Of a DNA stretch of 64,000 nt, positions 42,405 to 50,708 are shown piece by piece (position 1 is the stretch's first letter; the number at the start of each line of letters is the position of its first letter). Under the pieces are notes generated by a model. That model worked only from the letters and a program-made list of their open reading frames with translations, ran no database searches and was not told the origin of the DNA. A program made the position numbers and the translations under genes. Origin of the DNA: Coleofasciculus chthonoplastes F2-STO-03 (lineage in GTDB: Bacteria > Cyanobacteriota > Cyanobacteriia > Cyanobacteriales > Coleofasciculaceae); NCBI GenBank assembly GCA_040222015.1, contig JAVJWO010000108.1, positions 1-64,000 on the forward strand. Reading direction: 5' to 3'.

Positions 42405-42980
42405 CTACGTCTCTACTTTGTCATAAATATCTGCCAGGGTTATTTGGAATGAGAAAGAGTTGAGAGAAACGATTTCATCGGCATCATCATACTCATAAAA
42501 TATCCAGCGTTTTCGCTCAGTTTTTAAATAGTACTCAATGTGCATCGTGTATTGGTCAATTAAGAGATATTCCTGAAAGCTGGGAATCGTTCGATAGGCG
42601 GCAAATTTTGCATCTTTGTCATAGCTTCGGGTGGATTCTGACAACACTTCAGCAATAATCAAAGGATTAGTAATCGTGTCTCGCCGTCCTTCTTGAAATT
42701 GCAATTCACCCTGAACGACCATGATATCAGGATAGGTGTAGAGGCGTTTTCGAGGAATCCAGAGGCGTTGATCGGTGACAAATACTCGATAAGGTTGACG
42801 CTTGAGTGCAAAATTCAGTGCCGCGTAAAAGTTGCCAGCAATTTGATTATGATTAGGGGTTCCGCCAGTCATCAGGACAATTTCGCCATTAATGAATTCA
42901 TGTCGGTTTTCTGAGTTAACTTCAAACTCCAAGTAGTCTTCAAGAGTATAAATCTTTTTGTCTTCAGCTTGCATAATCAT
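42405..42980 (-). CDS. Uma2 family protein
   Basis: RHEFING, YPDIMV, AEVLSEST; start set to MIMQAE. Confidence 0.88.
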   Translation of the reverse strand: MIMQAEDKKIYTLEDYLEFEVNSENRHEFINGEIVLMTGGTPNHNQIAGNFYAALNFALKRQPYRVFVTDQRLWIPRKRLYTYPDIMVVQGELQFQEGRRDTITNPLIIAEVLSESTRSYDKDAKFAAYRTIPSFQEYLLIDQYTMHIEYYLKTERKRWIFYEYDDADEIVSLNSFSFQITLADIYDKVET

Positions 42981-43014
42981 TTTATTTAATCTCCCAAGTG
43001 TTTGACGTTTAATT

Positions 43015-43254
43015 ATGTCTACTTGCTTACATCGACGTTTTCTTAATCCTATCCCACAACAAAACCCATTTCGACAGACTATTCTGGAGATTCTGGCGAA
43101 CTGGCGTATCACTGTCAACGAAAGCGAAAATTTAAGTGAACTGGATCAGGAATTGTCGAGTGCGATCGCGCCGATGTTACAGTTACCTCCTCAAGAGTTA
43201 ACTTCCCTGCTGATTACCCTTTCTCGTGAGCAATTGTTAGAACGGTTGGGATAG
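43015..43254 (+). pseudogene. Fragment of a repeated cyanobacterial hypothetical protein
   Basis: C-terminal LQLPPQELTSLLITLSREQLLERL-type tail without an N-terminal domain. Confidence 0.4.
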
Positions 43255-43492
43255 TTGTTTAGAAGTCATAAGTTATCGAGCAAAAATTTTAGTATTCTGT
43301 GTTACATTGTTCAGGGAGTTTACCGTTGGATCGATTACTGAATTGGGTTTCTCGTGTTGCTGCGCTACGCTAATTAAAGTTATTTCGATTCCCCGGTTCT
43401 GATCAGCAGACGACAAGGTATCGATAATTGAGACCGATAGCCGATCGCTTTCCCATCGAGGACATCTCTCAAACGTCAGTAACGAGGTTACC

Positions 43493-44437
43493 GTGCAGCT
43501 AAAACAAGTGATTATCGCCCACAAAGCCAGAGACTCCCAAGGTCAAGCTTGGGCGGAAAAATGCGCTCGGCAATTGGAACAACGCGGTTGTCATGTCCTG
43601 ATTGGACCAAGTAGTGCCAAGGATAATCCCTATCCTGTGTTTTTGGCATCCGTGATGCACAATATTGATCTGGCGGTGGTGCTGGGAGGAGATGGCGCTG
43701 CCTTAGCCGCCGCACGACACCTTGCCCCCGCCGGTATCCCAATTTTGGCGATTAATATTGGTGGACATCTAGGATTTCTGACAGAACCCTTTGAAGCGTT
43801 CAAAGATACCGAACGGATATGGGATCGGATTAGCGAAGATCGCTATGCTGTGCAGCGACGCATGATGATCGAAGCCTATTTGTTTGAAGGGGATTCCCGC
43901 CAGGATAACTTGGCCACACGTACTAATCTCGAACCGATCAGCGATCGCTATTTGGCGCTGAATGAAATGTGCGTCAAACCCGCCTCAGCCGATCGCATGA
44001 TTACCTCGATTCTGGAAATGGAAATTGACGGAGAAGTCGTCGATCAGTATCAAGGGGATGGATTGATTGTCTCCACACCAACCGGTTCCACCTGCTACAC
44101 CTTATCCGCCAATGGTCCAATTCTCCATGATGGCATGGAAGCGATCGCGGTGACGCCGATTTGTCCTTTAAGTCTATCCAGTCGTCCCTTAGTCTTACCT
44201 GCGGGTTCCATCGTCAGCATTTGGCCCCTCGGCGATTATGAACTCAACACCAAGCTGTGGATGGATGGGGTAATGGCAACCCCGATTTGGCCCGGACAAC
44301 GGGTGGATGTGCGTAAGGCAGATTGCTATGCTAAGTTTATTGTTCTCCGCGAAAATAATTCCTACTATAAAACTTTACGGGAAAAACTCCAGTGGGCGGG
44401 GGCAAGATTTCATTACAGTAATAATCACCGACATTAA
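43493..44437 (+). CDS. nadK: NAD(+) kinase
   Basis: LGGDG, GHLGFL, NE, GDGLIVSTPTGST.Y.LSA.GP. Confidence 0.93.
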   Translation: MQLKQVIIAHKARDSQGQAWAEKCARQLEQRGCHVLIGPSSAKDNPYPVFLASVMHNIDLAVVLGGDGAALAAARHLAPAGIPILAINIGGHLGFLTEPFEAFKDTERIWDRISEDRYAVQRRMMIEAYLFEGDSRQDNLATRTNLEPISDRYLALNEMCVKPASADRMITSILEMEIDGEVVDQYQGDGLIVSTPTGSTCYTLSANGPILHDGMEAIAVTPICPLSLSSRPLVLPAGSIVSIWPLGDYELNTKLWMDGVMATPIWPGQRVDVRKADCYAKFIVLRENNSYYKTLREKLQWAGARFHYSNNHRH

Positions 44438-44602
44438 TTGATGTAGAGACTCCTCATGCTACGTCTGAATTTTGAATGTGTAGGGGCGGGTTTTACTACT
44501 ATCGTTTCTAACCTAACCCAGATGTAACTCGCGCCCGCCCCGATCTAATTTTGAGTCACTAACGTTTGGGCAAGAATGCGCGAGTTCCTACAGGTATGAG
44601 TA

Positions 44603-45946
44603 TTAAACCGCCAGACTAGAAATTCTGGAATAAATCGCATTAAATTTTCCATTGGGAACCAAACCTAGGGAATCCGTAGCAAAATCGCGTTTAAGTCGTT
44701 TAACCTGATACATATCAATTTCTCCTTTATTTTTAGCCGCAATTTTACCCCGATAGTCACACTCAAAAAAATCCTTAACCTGATCAAACGTCGCTTGGGA
44801 AATATTAATCGTTCCCGGAATCGCAGATGATTCCATCCGGGATGCTGTATTTACCGTATCCCCCCATACATCATAGGTAAATTTATTCCGCCCAATCACA
44901 CCCGCGAGTAAGGAGCCTGAGTGAATACCAATCCGAATCTGCCAATAGGGTTCATTTTTATGCCTCTTTTCAATTTGTCGCCAGTGAATAAAAGTTTGGA
45001 TTTGTAAAGCTGCCATAACCGTGTCAATCGCATGAGTTGATTTGGCGACGGGAATACCAGAGACTGCCATATAACTATCACCAATTGTTTTTATTTTTTC
45101 CAGATTATACACTTCACTGACTAAATCAAAAAACGAGAAACAATAATCTAATTCCTGAACTAGGGCTTCGGGTGAGAGTTGTTCAGCGATTTGAGTGAAG
45201 TCCTTAAAATCAGTAAATAAAACCGTGGCACAGTCATAATAAACCGGCTTTACTTTTCCCGTTTCCTTTAACTCATGGGCAATCGGTTCAGGGAGAATAT
45301 TTAACAAGAGTTGATCAGATTTACGTCGTTCTCTTTCCAGACTTGAGTAAAGGACGTTCATTTCTGCCAACAGCTTTTTCATTTCCTGAAAACATCTGGC
45401 ATTGCGAATCGCACTAGCTAATTGTACCGCCAGTAAATAGCCGATGCGTAAATCTTCTTGGGAATAGGCTGAGGGTTGGCTCGTGGCAAAATTTAGCGAA
45501 CCGATAACTTGATCATCTCTAGCTAGGGGCAGAATGATTTTAGAGGGATAGGCAGATAAAAATGTATCGCTGGAATCGGGAGGATTGAGTTGAGATTGTC
45601 CAGTTTTGAGAACAAAACTGATGGGTTTTTTTTCGCAAATGAGACAATCCTGACAGTCAATTTGAGAACCAAATAGAGTGATTAAGCGAAATGTACTATC
45701 GTCGTTTTTGAGACAGACACTGCAATGCTGAAAATCCAATAACCACTTCGCTTGTTTACTGAGAATTTGTAGTATTTCTTCTAGATTTAAGGAGCGGTTA
45801 ATGGAATTAGAAATTTCATTGACTGCGGCAATTCGGGATGAAAGCGCCTGGATTTGAGTCAGCAACTGTCGGGTAGTTTGCAGGAGTTGTTCCCGATCCT
45901 GATCTTCGATCTGATGATTACTGCTGGCAAATAAAGAAAAACTCAT
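44603..45946 (-). CDS. GAF-domain class III adenylate/guanylate cyclase
   Basis: LLLNILP, VLFTDF, EKIKTIGDSYM, YDVWGDTVNTASRMES. Confidence 0.9.
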   Translation of the reverse strand: MSFSLFASSNHQIEDQDREQLLQTTRQLLTQIQALSSRIAAVNEISNSINRSLNLEEILQILSKQAKWLLDFQHCSVCLKNDDSTFRLITLFGSQIDCQDCLICEKKPISFVLKTGQSQLNPPDSSDTFLSAYPSKIILPLARDDQVIGSLNFATSQPSAYSQEDLRIGYLLAVQLASAIRNARCFQEMKKLLAEMNVLYSSLERERRKSDQLLLNILPEPIAHELKETGKVKPVYYDCATVLFTDFKDFTQIAEQLSPEALVQELDYCFSFFDLVSEVYNLEKIKTIGDSYMAVSGIPVAKSTHAIDTVMAALQIQTFIHWRQIEKRHKNEPYWQIRIGIHSGSLLAGVIGRNKFTYDVWGDTVNTASRMESSAIPGTINISQATFDQVKDFFECDYRGKIAAKNKGEIDMYQVKRLKRDFATDSLGLVPNGKFNAIYSRISSLAV

Positions 45947-46026
45947 TCCTATCCCTCATCCCATCATAGGGTAAGCCACGGCGCGTCTACATATCTCACT
46001 TGTTTATTATTATTCATCCCCTATTG

Positions 46027-46569
46027 TTATAGGGTATCAACTTCTAGAGCGATCGCGTCGGTATATTGGTTGATAGCGGTAAATAGGTTAGCGGTGGTAA
46101 TGAGTTCAAAGATTTCTGATTGATCTAATCCCAACTCGTACAGGTGTTGATAGTCTGCATCACTGAGTTGATGGGGTTTCGTCGCCGCGAGCAAACCAAA
46201 GCGAATTACGGCTTTTTCGCGTTCGGGTAAAGGACAGTTGTCAAAGTCGCTGACAAGCATTTGTAATACTTGTTCGCTAATTCCCAGTGCGGATAAGCTA
46301 TGTAGGTGAACCTTCAGCGCATAATCACTACTATTTGCCTGGGAGATAGCCACACCAATCATTTCCTTAATCGTGCGGGGAATAGTGCCTTTTAAAATAG
46401 TGGATCGAAACTGTTTCCAGGTGGTGGATAAAAACTCGGGACGAATCGCCATGGATTTGAATAAATTGGGTATCATACCAAATCCCAATTCGGCGCTAAT
46501 TTCGGCGTAGGTATCTTGGACGAGGGGATGGGTGATCTGATGTGCGTCTTGCAGGGGAAATTGTGCCAT
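46027..46569 (-). CDS. AhpD/carboxymuconolactone decarboxylase-family protein lacking CxxC
   Basis: PNLFKSMA, KEMIGVAISQAN-SSDYA...H. Confidence 0.8.
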   Translation of the reverse strand: MAQFPLQDAHQITHPLVQDTYAEISAELGFGMIPNLFKSMAIRPEFLSTTWKQFRSTILKGTIPRTIKEMIGVAISQANSSDYALKVHLHSLSALGISEQVLQMLVSDFDNCPLPEREKAVIRFGLLAATKPHQLSDADYQHLYELGLDQSEIFELITTANLFTAINQYTDAIALEVDTL

Positions 46570-46878
46570 AATTACCTCAAAAATGGTTGCGTTTAGGTAA
46601 TACCATGTATTACGCTGGATTGAGTTATCTTTTCACCTGTTCTGGGTTGGCAAGAGAGGACGTACTCCTGGGTAAAAACCAAGTGACGGGGTTCATGGTA
46701 ATCACCAATCAACCCGGAACGATGAACGGTAAATTTCAGTAAATGCCCCTAAAACGCTCGTCAAATTCCTGCGGTTCTCTGGTGCATTGCCGGAATTGAC
46801 TAGAGTAAGGATAATAAAACTCTAACCATAAATATCAGTTCTGGGGTTAATTGTCTACCCAAAAGCTAGCGAAACATA

Positions 46879-48198
46879 ATGATGATTTCACAAACCGAGT
46901 ATCGCCAACGCCGCGAACAGTTGATGAGTCAGATTGGTCAGGGGACGGCTGTCTTCCGCAGCGCCCCGGTTGCGGTGATGCATAATGATGTGGAATATAA
47001 TTTTCGTCAGGATAGTGATTTCTTTTATCTGACGGGGTTTAATGAAGCTGAAGCCGTGGCGGTGTTAGCGCCGCACCATTCCGAACACCGCTTTGTGCTG
47101 TTTGTCCAACCTAAAGATCCGGAGAAGGAAGTTTGGACAGGGTATCGGACGGGGGTTGATGGGGCGAAAGAACGCTACGGTGCAGATGAGGCGTATCCGA
47201 TTACGGAACTGGATGAGAAGTTACCTCAGTATTTAGAGAAGGCAGATCGGATTTATTATCAGTTAGGGCGCGATCGCGAGTTTAATCAAACCGTTCTCAC
47301 CCATTGGCAAAGGTTGATGCGGACCTATCCTAAGCGGGGAACGGGTCCGATGGCGATTGAGTCCACGAATCCGCTGCTTCAGAAGATGCGCTTGGTGAAG
47401 AGTCCAACGGAATTGGAGATGATGCGCCAAGCCGTGGCGATTTCCGTAGATGCTCATAATCATGCCCGAAAATTTGCCCAAGCGGGATGTTATGAGTACC
47501 AAATTCAGGCGGAAATCGAATATATGTTTCGCCAACGGGGGGCGTTAGGTCCAGCCTATCCGTCGATTGTGGCGTCGGGGGTGAATAGTTGTATTCTGCA
47601 TTATGTGGAAAATACCCGCCAGATGGAAACTGGGGATTTGTTGTTGATTGATGCGGGCTGTGCTTATGAGTATTACAATGCCGATATTACCCGCACGTTT
47701 CCGATTGGGGGTAAATTTAGCGAAGATCAACGGATCATCTATGAGTTGGTGTTGAAAGCGCAGCAAGACGCGATCGCACAAGTGCAACCAGGAAAGCCCT
47801 ATAATCTATTTCACGATACCGCCGTGCGCGTATTGGTGGAAGGATTAATGGATTTGGGTTTACTGGCGGGAGATATTGAGGAAATTATTAAGGAGGAGAA
47901 ATATAAACCCTTCTATATGCATCGGACTGGACATTGGTTAGGATTAGATGTTCATGATTCTGGGGTATATAAGAATGGGGAAGAATCCTGGCAAACCTTT
48001 GAACCGGGTCAAGTGGTGACAGTGGAACCGGGATTATATATTGGCTTAGATATTAAATCGGTAGAAGGTCAACCTGAGATTCCTGAACGTTGGCGCGGGA
48101 TTGGTGTCAGGATTGAGGATGATGTTTTGGTTACCGAATCAGGGAATGAAGTGTTAACGGCTGGGGTGCCCAAGTTGGTAGATGAGATGGAAAGCTAG
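46879..48198 (+). CDS. pepP: Xaa-Pro aminopeptidase
   Basis: FRQDSDFFYLTG, DITRT, GHWLGLDVHD, EPGLY, GVRIEDD. Confidence 0.95.
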   Translation: MMISQTEYRQRREQLMSQIGQGTAVFRSAPVAVMHNDVEYNFRQDSDFFYLTGFNEAEAVAVLAPHHSEHRFVLFVQPKDPEKEVWTGYRTGVDGAKERYGADEAYPITELDEKLPQYLEKADRIYYQLGRDREFNQTVLTHWQRLMRTYPKRGTGPMAIESTNPLLQKMRLVKSPTELEMMRQAVAISVDAHNHARKFAQAGCYEYQIQAEIEYMFRQRGALGPAYPSIVASGVNSCILHYVENTRQMETGDLLLIDAGCAYEYYNADITRTFPIGGKFSEDQRIIYELVLKAQQDAIAQVQPGKPYNLFHDTAVRVLVEGLMDLGLLAGDIEEIIKEEKYKPFYMHRTGHWLGLDVHDSGVYKNGEESWQTFEPGQVVTVEPGLYIGLDIKSVEGQPEIPERWRGIGVRIEDDVLVTESGNEVLTAGVPKLVDEMES

Positions 48199-48228
48199 AA
48201 GGGTAATAATTTGACCAAAATCCGGGGT

Positions 48229-48292
48229 GTAGGGGCGGGTTTAGGGATTTTAATAGCGGTGTAACCAATAACGTTTGTAGCAAAACCCGCCC
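48229..48292. repeat. GTAGGGGCGGGTTT..AAACCCGCCC REP-like family (representative copy)
   Basis: Further copies near 5487, 7658, 22037, 33949, 36492, 40676, 44479, 52975 and 56154. Confidence 0.85.
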
Positions 48293-48311
48293 AGTAGTAT
48301 TATTTCCTATA

Positions 48312-48348
48312 GTTTCAGTCCCCTTGCGGGGATTTAGTTGGTGGAAAC
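48312..48348 (-). CRISPR. Solitary type III-like repeat GTTTCCACCAACTAAATCCCCGCAAGGGGACTGAAAC with a leader at about 48349-48640
   Basis: Shares the CCCC-GCAA-GGGG hairpin and ends with the 63947 repeat; the adjacent 50 nt resemble the 63890-63946 leader. Confidence 0.8.
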
Positions 48349-48643
48349 TCCACCATCTGAAACATCGGCTGCACGAGGATTTTAGCGAGGATTTTCGTAA
48401 GTCGAGGTTCTGCTGCTGATATTCAATCATACAGGAAACTTGCCCTTAAGCCAAACAATTTAGCTCCCTTGGCGGGATGCGGTTGTCGATGCGCTCCCCC
48501 TAGTGAGTGGGAAGACAGGCGTTCCGTCAGGTGATGAAGGGGTTTTAGTTGAGGATTTCGGGTAGCGCGATCGCATCTGGGTAATTTTCCAGGATTGACG
48601 GTGGAGCCGCGTTTAGGGTAGCTTGTCATAACTTATAATAAAA

Positions 48644-49264
48644 ATGTACTCTACTAGAGTAATTTCGATGTCTGGGGATATTGTTTTTAGCTTTAATGAC
48701 ATAAAAACCACTCAGGCGGCGGCTTTCCTGATCAAGCTTCATGGTCAGCCTTCGATGAGTTATTTGGGGCTGCTCAAAATGCTCTACATCAGTGATCGCC
48801 GATCTCTACAATATAGTGGCTATCCTATTACAGGTGATAGTTTTGTTTCGATGAAGTATGGACCCGTGTTGACCCGTATTTATGACTATGTGAAGCCAAA
48901 TGGCGGTTTTACCAGTTCTGAATATTGGTCAGAATACATCGCCACAGTTCCCGCCCCCCATGAGCCTAATAAAAAAGTATTTGTGACTTTAATTGCTGAC
49001 CCCGGTGATGATGAGCTTTCTCTGGCTGAAGAAGAAATTATGGAGGCAGTTTATCAAGAATTTGGTCATCTCAATGCTTTTGATGTGGCTGAGTGGACTC
49101 ACTCACTTCCAGAATGGATAAATCCACAGGAAAAAGGTCAAAAAGTTGTTGATATTAAAGTTGTGGATCTACTTCAGTATCTAAAAAAAACTGATGACGA
49201 AATTCAGCGTATAAAAGAAATTGCTGATCGAGAACGCTATTTAGATGGGGTTCTAAATGGCTGA
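48644..49264 (+). CDS. Panacea (PanA/SocA, DUF4065) domain antitoxin (alternative start 48668)
   Basis: LLKMLYISDR, PITGD, MKYGPV and WTHSLPEW motifs. Confidence 0.85.
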   Translation: MYSTRVISMSGDIVFSFNDIKTTQAAAFLIKLHGQPSMSYLGLLKMLYISDRRSLQYSGYPITGDSFVSMKYGPVLTRIYDYVKPNGGFTSSEYWSEYIATVPAPHEPNKKVFVTLIADPGDDELSLAEEEIMEAVYQEFGHLNAFDVAEWTHSLPEWINPQEKGQKVVDIKVVDLLQYLKKTDDEIQRIKEIADRERYLDGVLNG

Positions 49265-49658
49265 TTTATCAATTAATTTGGGTGATATTTTCCTTTTGGA
49301 CACGGGGGGTCAAAAAAATCATTGGTATATTGCGATCGCTCCCCTTTCTTCCGATGAATTTTTGTTTGTAAATATATCAACTTGGTATGAAGGCAGTAGT
49401 GATAATGATGGAACTTGTATCTTAAAACCAGCGGCAAGAATGCCTGGATTTATTAATCGAAAATCATTTCTTGCCTATAAATTTGCGAGGTCTTACACCG
49501 CCGAGCAACTGGAAAAACTCATCGTGCCAAATTCTGACCTTCCCTATGATACGCTTGAGCCTCAGATTTTAAGACGTGTTCAAAGAGAGAGTCTAAATGC
49601 TAGAAACTTAAAGAAAAAGTATCTTAATGCTCTAAGGGCTTATCTGGGAGTTTCTTAA
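49257..49658 (+). CDS. Putative toxin partner (possible PemK/MazF-like fold)
   Basis: Overlaps the antitoxin stop (ATGGCTGA); GDIFLL..H....FVNIST pattern. Confidence 0.55.
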   Translation: MADLSINLGDIFLLDTGGQKNHWYIAIAPLSSDEFLFVNISTWYEGSSDNDGTCILKPAARMPGFINRKSFLAYKFARSYTAEQLEKLIVPNSDLPYDTLEPQILRRVQRESLNARNLKKKYLNALRAYLGVS

Positions 49659-49843
49659 GTTACTTTACTTCACCGACGTGCGCCCAATTTCAACAGCAGG
49701 CGCCCATTTTAACAGTAAAATCTATTCCACAATTTTAGCTGTGTCAGTCCAGTAGGGTGGGTTAGGTAGATATTTCATGAGGAAAATCACCCTTTAATGT
49801 AATATTTCCGCCGTAACCCACCAACAATTAGACGGGTAGAACT

Positions 49844-49963
49844 GTAAGACGTCCCCTTGCGGGGAAGAGGTGAAAGACGACTCAACAGTTGAGTCAACTT
49901 CTAGAGGCGTGTTTCCATCCCCTTGCGGGGTAAGTTTATCAAGCGATTACCGCTTGCGGAAAC
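49844..49963 (-). ncRNA. Degenerate CRISPR mini-array (repeat-spacer-repeat) producing a crRNA-like RNA
   Basis: Two repeats that keep CCCCGCAAGGGG flank a 32-nt spacer (49879-49910); the upstream repeat ends in ATGGAAAC. Confidence 0.8.
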
Positions 49964-49984
49964 TTAACTCCTCTAGCCAAATCA

Positions 49985-50013
49985 AACATAACCGTACTGG
50001 GTCGAAAAGTCAA
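49985..50013 (-). promoter_or_regulatory. Sigma70-type promoter of the mini-array
   Basis: TTGACT-17 bp-TATGTT on the minus strand, about 20 nt upstream of the first repeat. Confidence 0.7.
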
Positions 50014-50046
50014 GTTGGTATCAACTCAAAACAGCAGTATGAATTC

Positions 50047-50079
50047 GGGGAGAGTGGTAGCATGTCAGCGACTCTCCCC
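50047..50079 (-). terminator. Hairpin downstream of ORF 50120-50521 (possible terminator or stabiliser)
   Basis: GGGGAGAGT-N15-ACTCTCCCC; no strong U-tract. Confidence 0.4.
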
Positions 50080-50119
50080 AGTGAGGTAGGATGCTTACCC
50101 TGATATCATCCAGATATGT

Positions 50120-50521
50120 CTAGTCGTTTTTATCAGACTCCGGCTTAACTTGCTCCACATCGAAATTGTTGACCAACAAGCCAAGGCGGTTACTCATATC
50201 CAAGTTCTGCCAAAGTTGGACACCGTTATTAGCGCCAACGATGAACGCTGAGACAATTGCCGCCAGTATCTGAAATTTCCGCAAATGCTTCCAAGAACAA
50301 AAGGATTTTTTAGGTTGGAAATTTGCGTGGTTTTGCGTCTGCTTCGAGTGTTTCAGGTTTTCTTGGAACTTATCCGTCAAACCCAGCGGGTGTAGATTAT
50401 TGTCCGGTACGTCATCTTGGAGCGTAAAGTCATGACCATCCGGTGATGGGTGTGCAGATAAATCTAATTCGGCTAAACCTGCTACAGGGTCAGCCACCAA
50501 TGACTTCGAGTCTTTTTGCAT
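50120..50521 (-). CDS. Orphan protein with an acidic disordered N-terminus and one predicted TM helix
   Basis: 133-aa ORF; AGGT RBS; hydrophobic FQILAAIVSAFIVGA preceded by basic residues. Confidence 0.6.
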   Translation of the reverse strand: MQKDSKSLVADPVAGLAELDLSAHPSPDGHDFTLQDDVPDNNLHPLGLTDKFQENLKHSKQTQNHANFQPKKSFCSWKHLRKFQILAAIVSAFIVGANNGVQLWQNLDMSNRLGLLVNNFDVEQVKPESDKND

Positions 50522-50708
50522 TGTTCGTTACCTATTGTTAAATACGCCAGCTAGAAGTTGCTTGCAACAGTTGAGTCGGTTTTGAGTGCTTATTCAGACA
50601 TCTTTCCTCCCGAATATGTATCAATTTTTACCACCTCATGGTTTTGACCATGAGCTTACCCTCTATCATAATCTCAGACCAATCTCAATGACCACCAACA
50701 AAGTTATT

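Noticed and set aside
49870..50103. 77-aa plus-strand ORF over the mini-array
   Set aside because: Antisense to the repeats and promoter, with no protein-like features.
49879..50577. Spacer and target read as terminal inverted repeats of a small mobile element
   Set aside because: No transposase or target-site duplication seen, and the match coincides with the spacer between two CRISPR-like repeats; disfavoured though not formally excluded.
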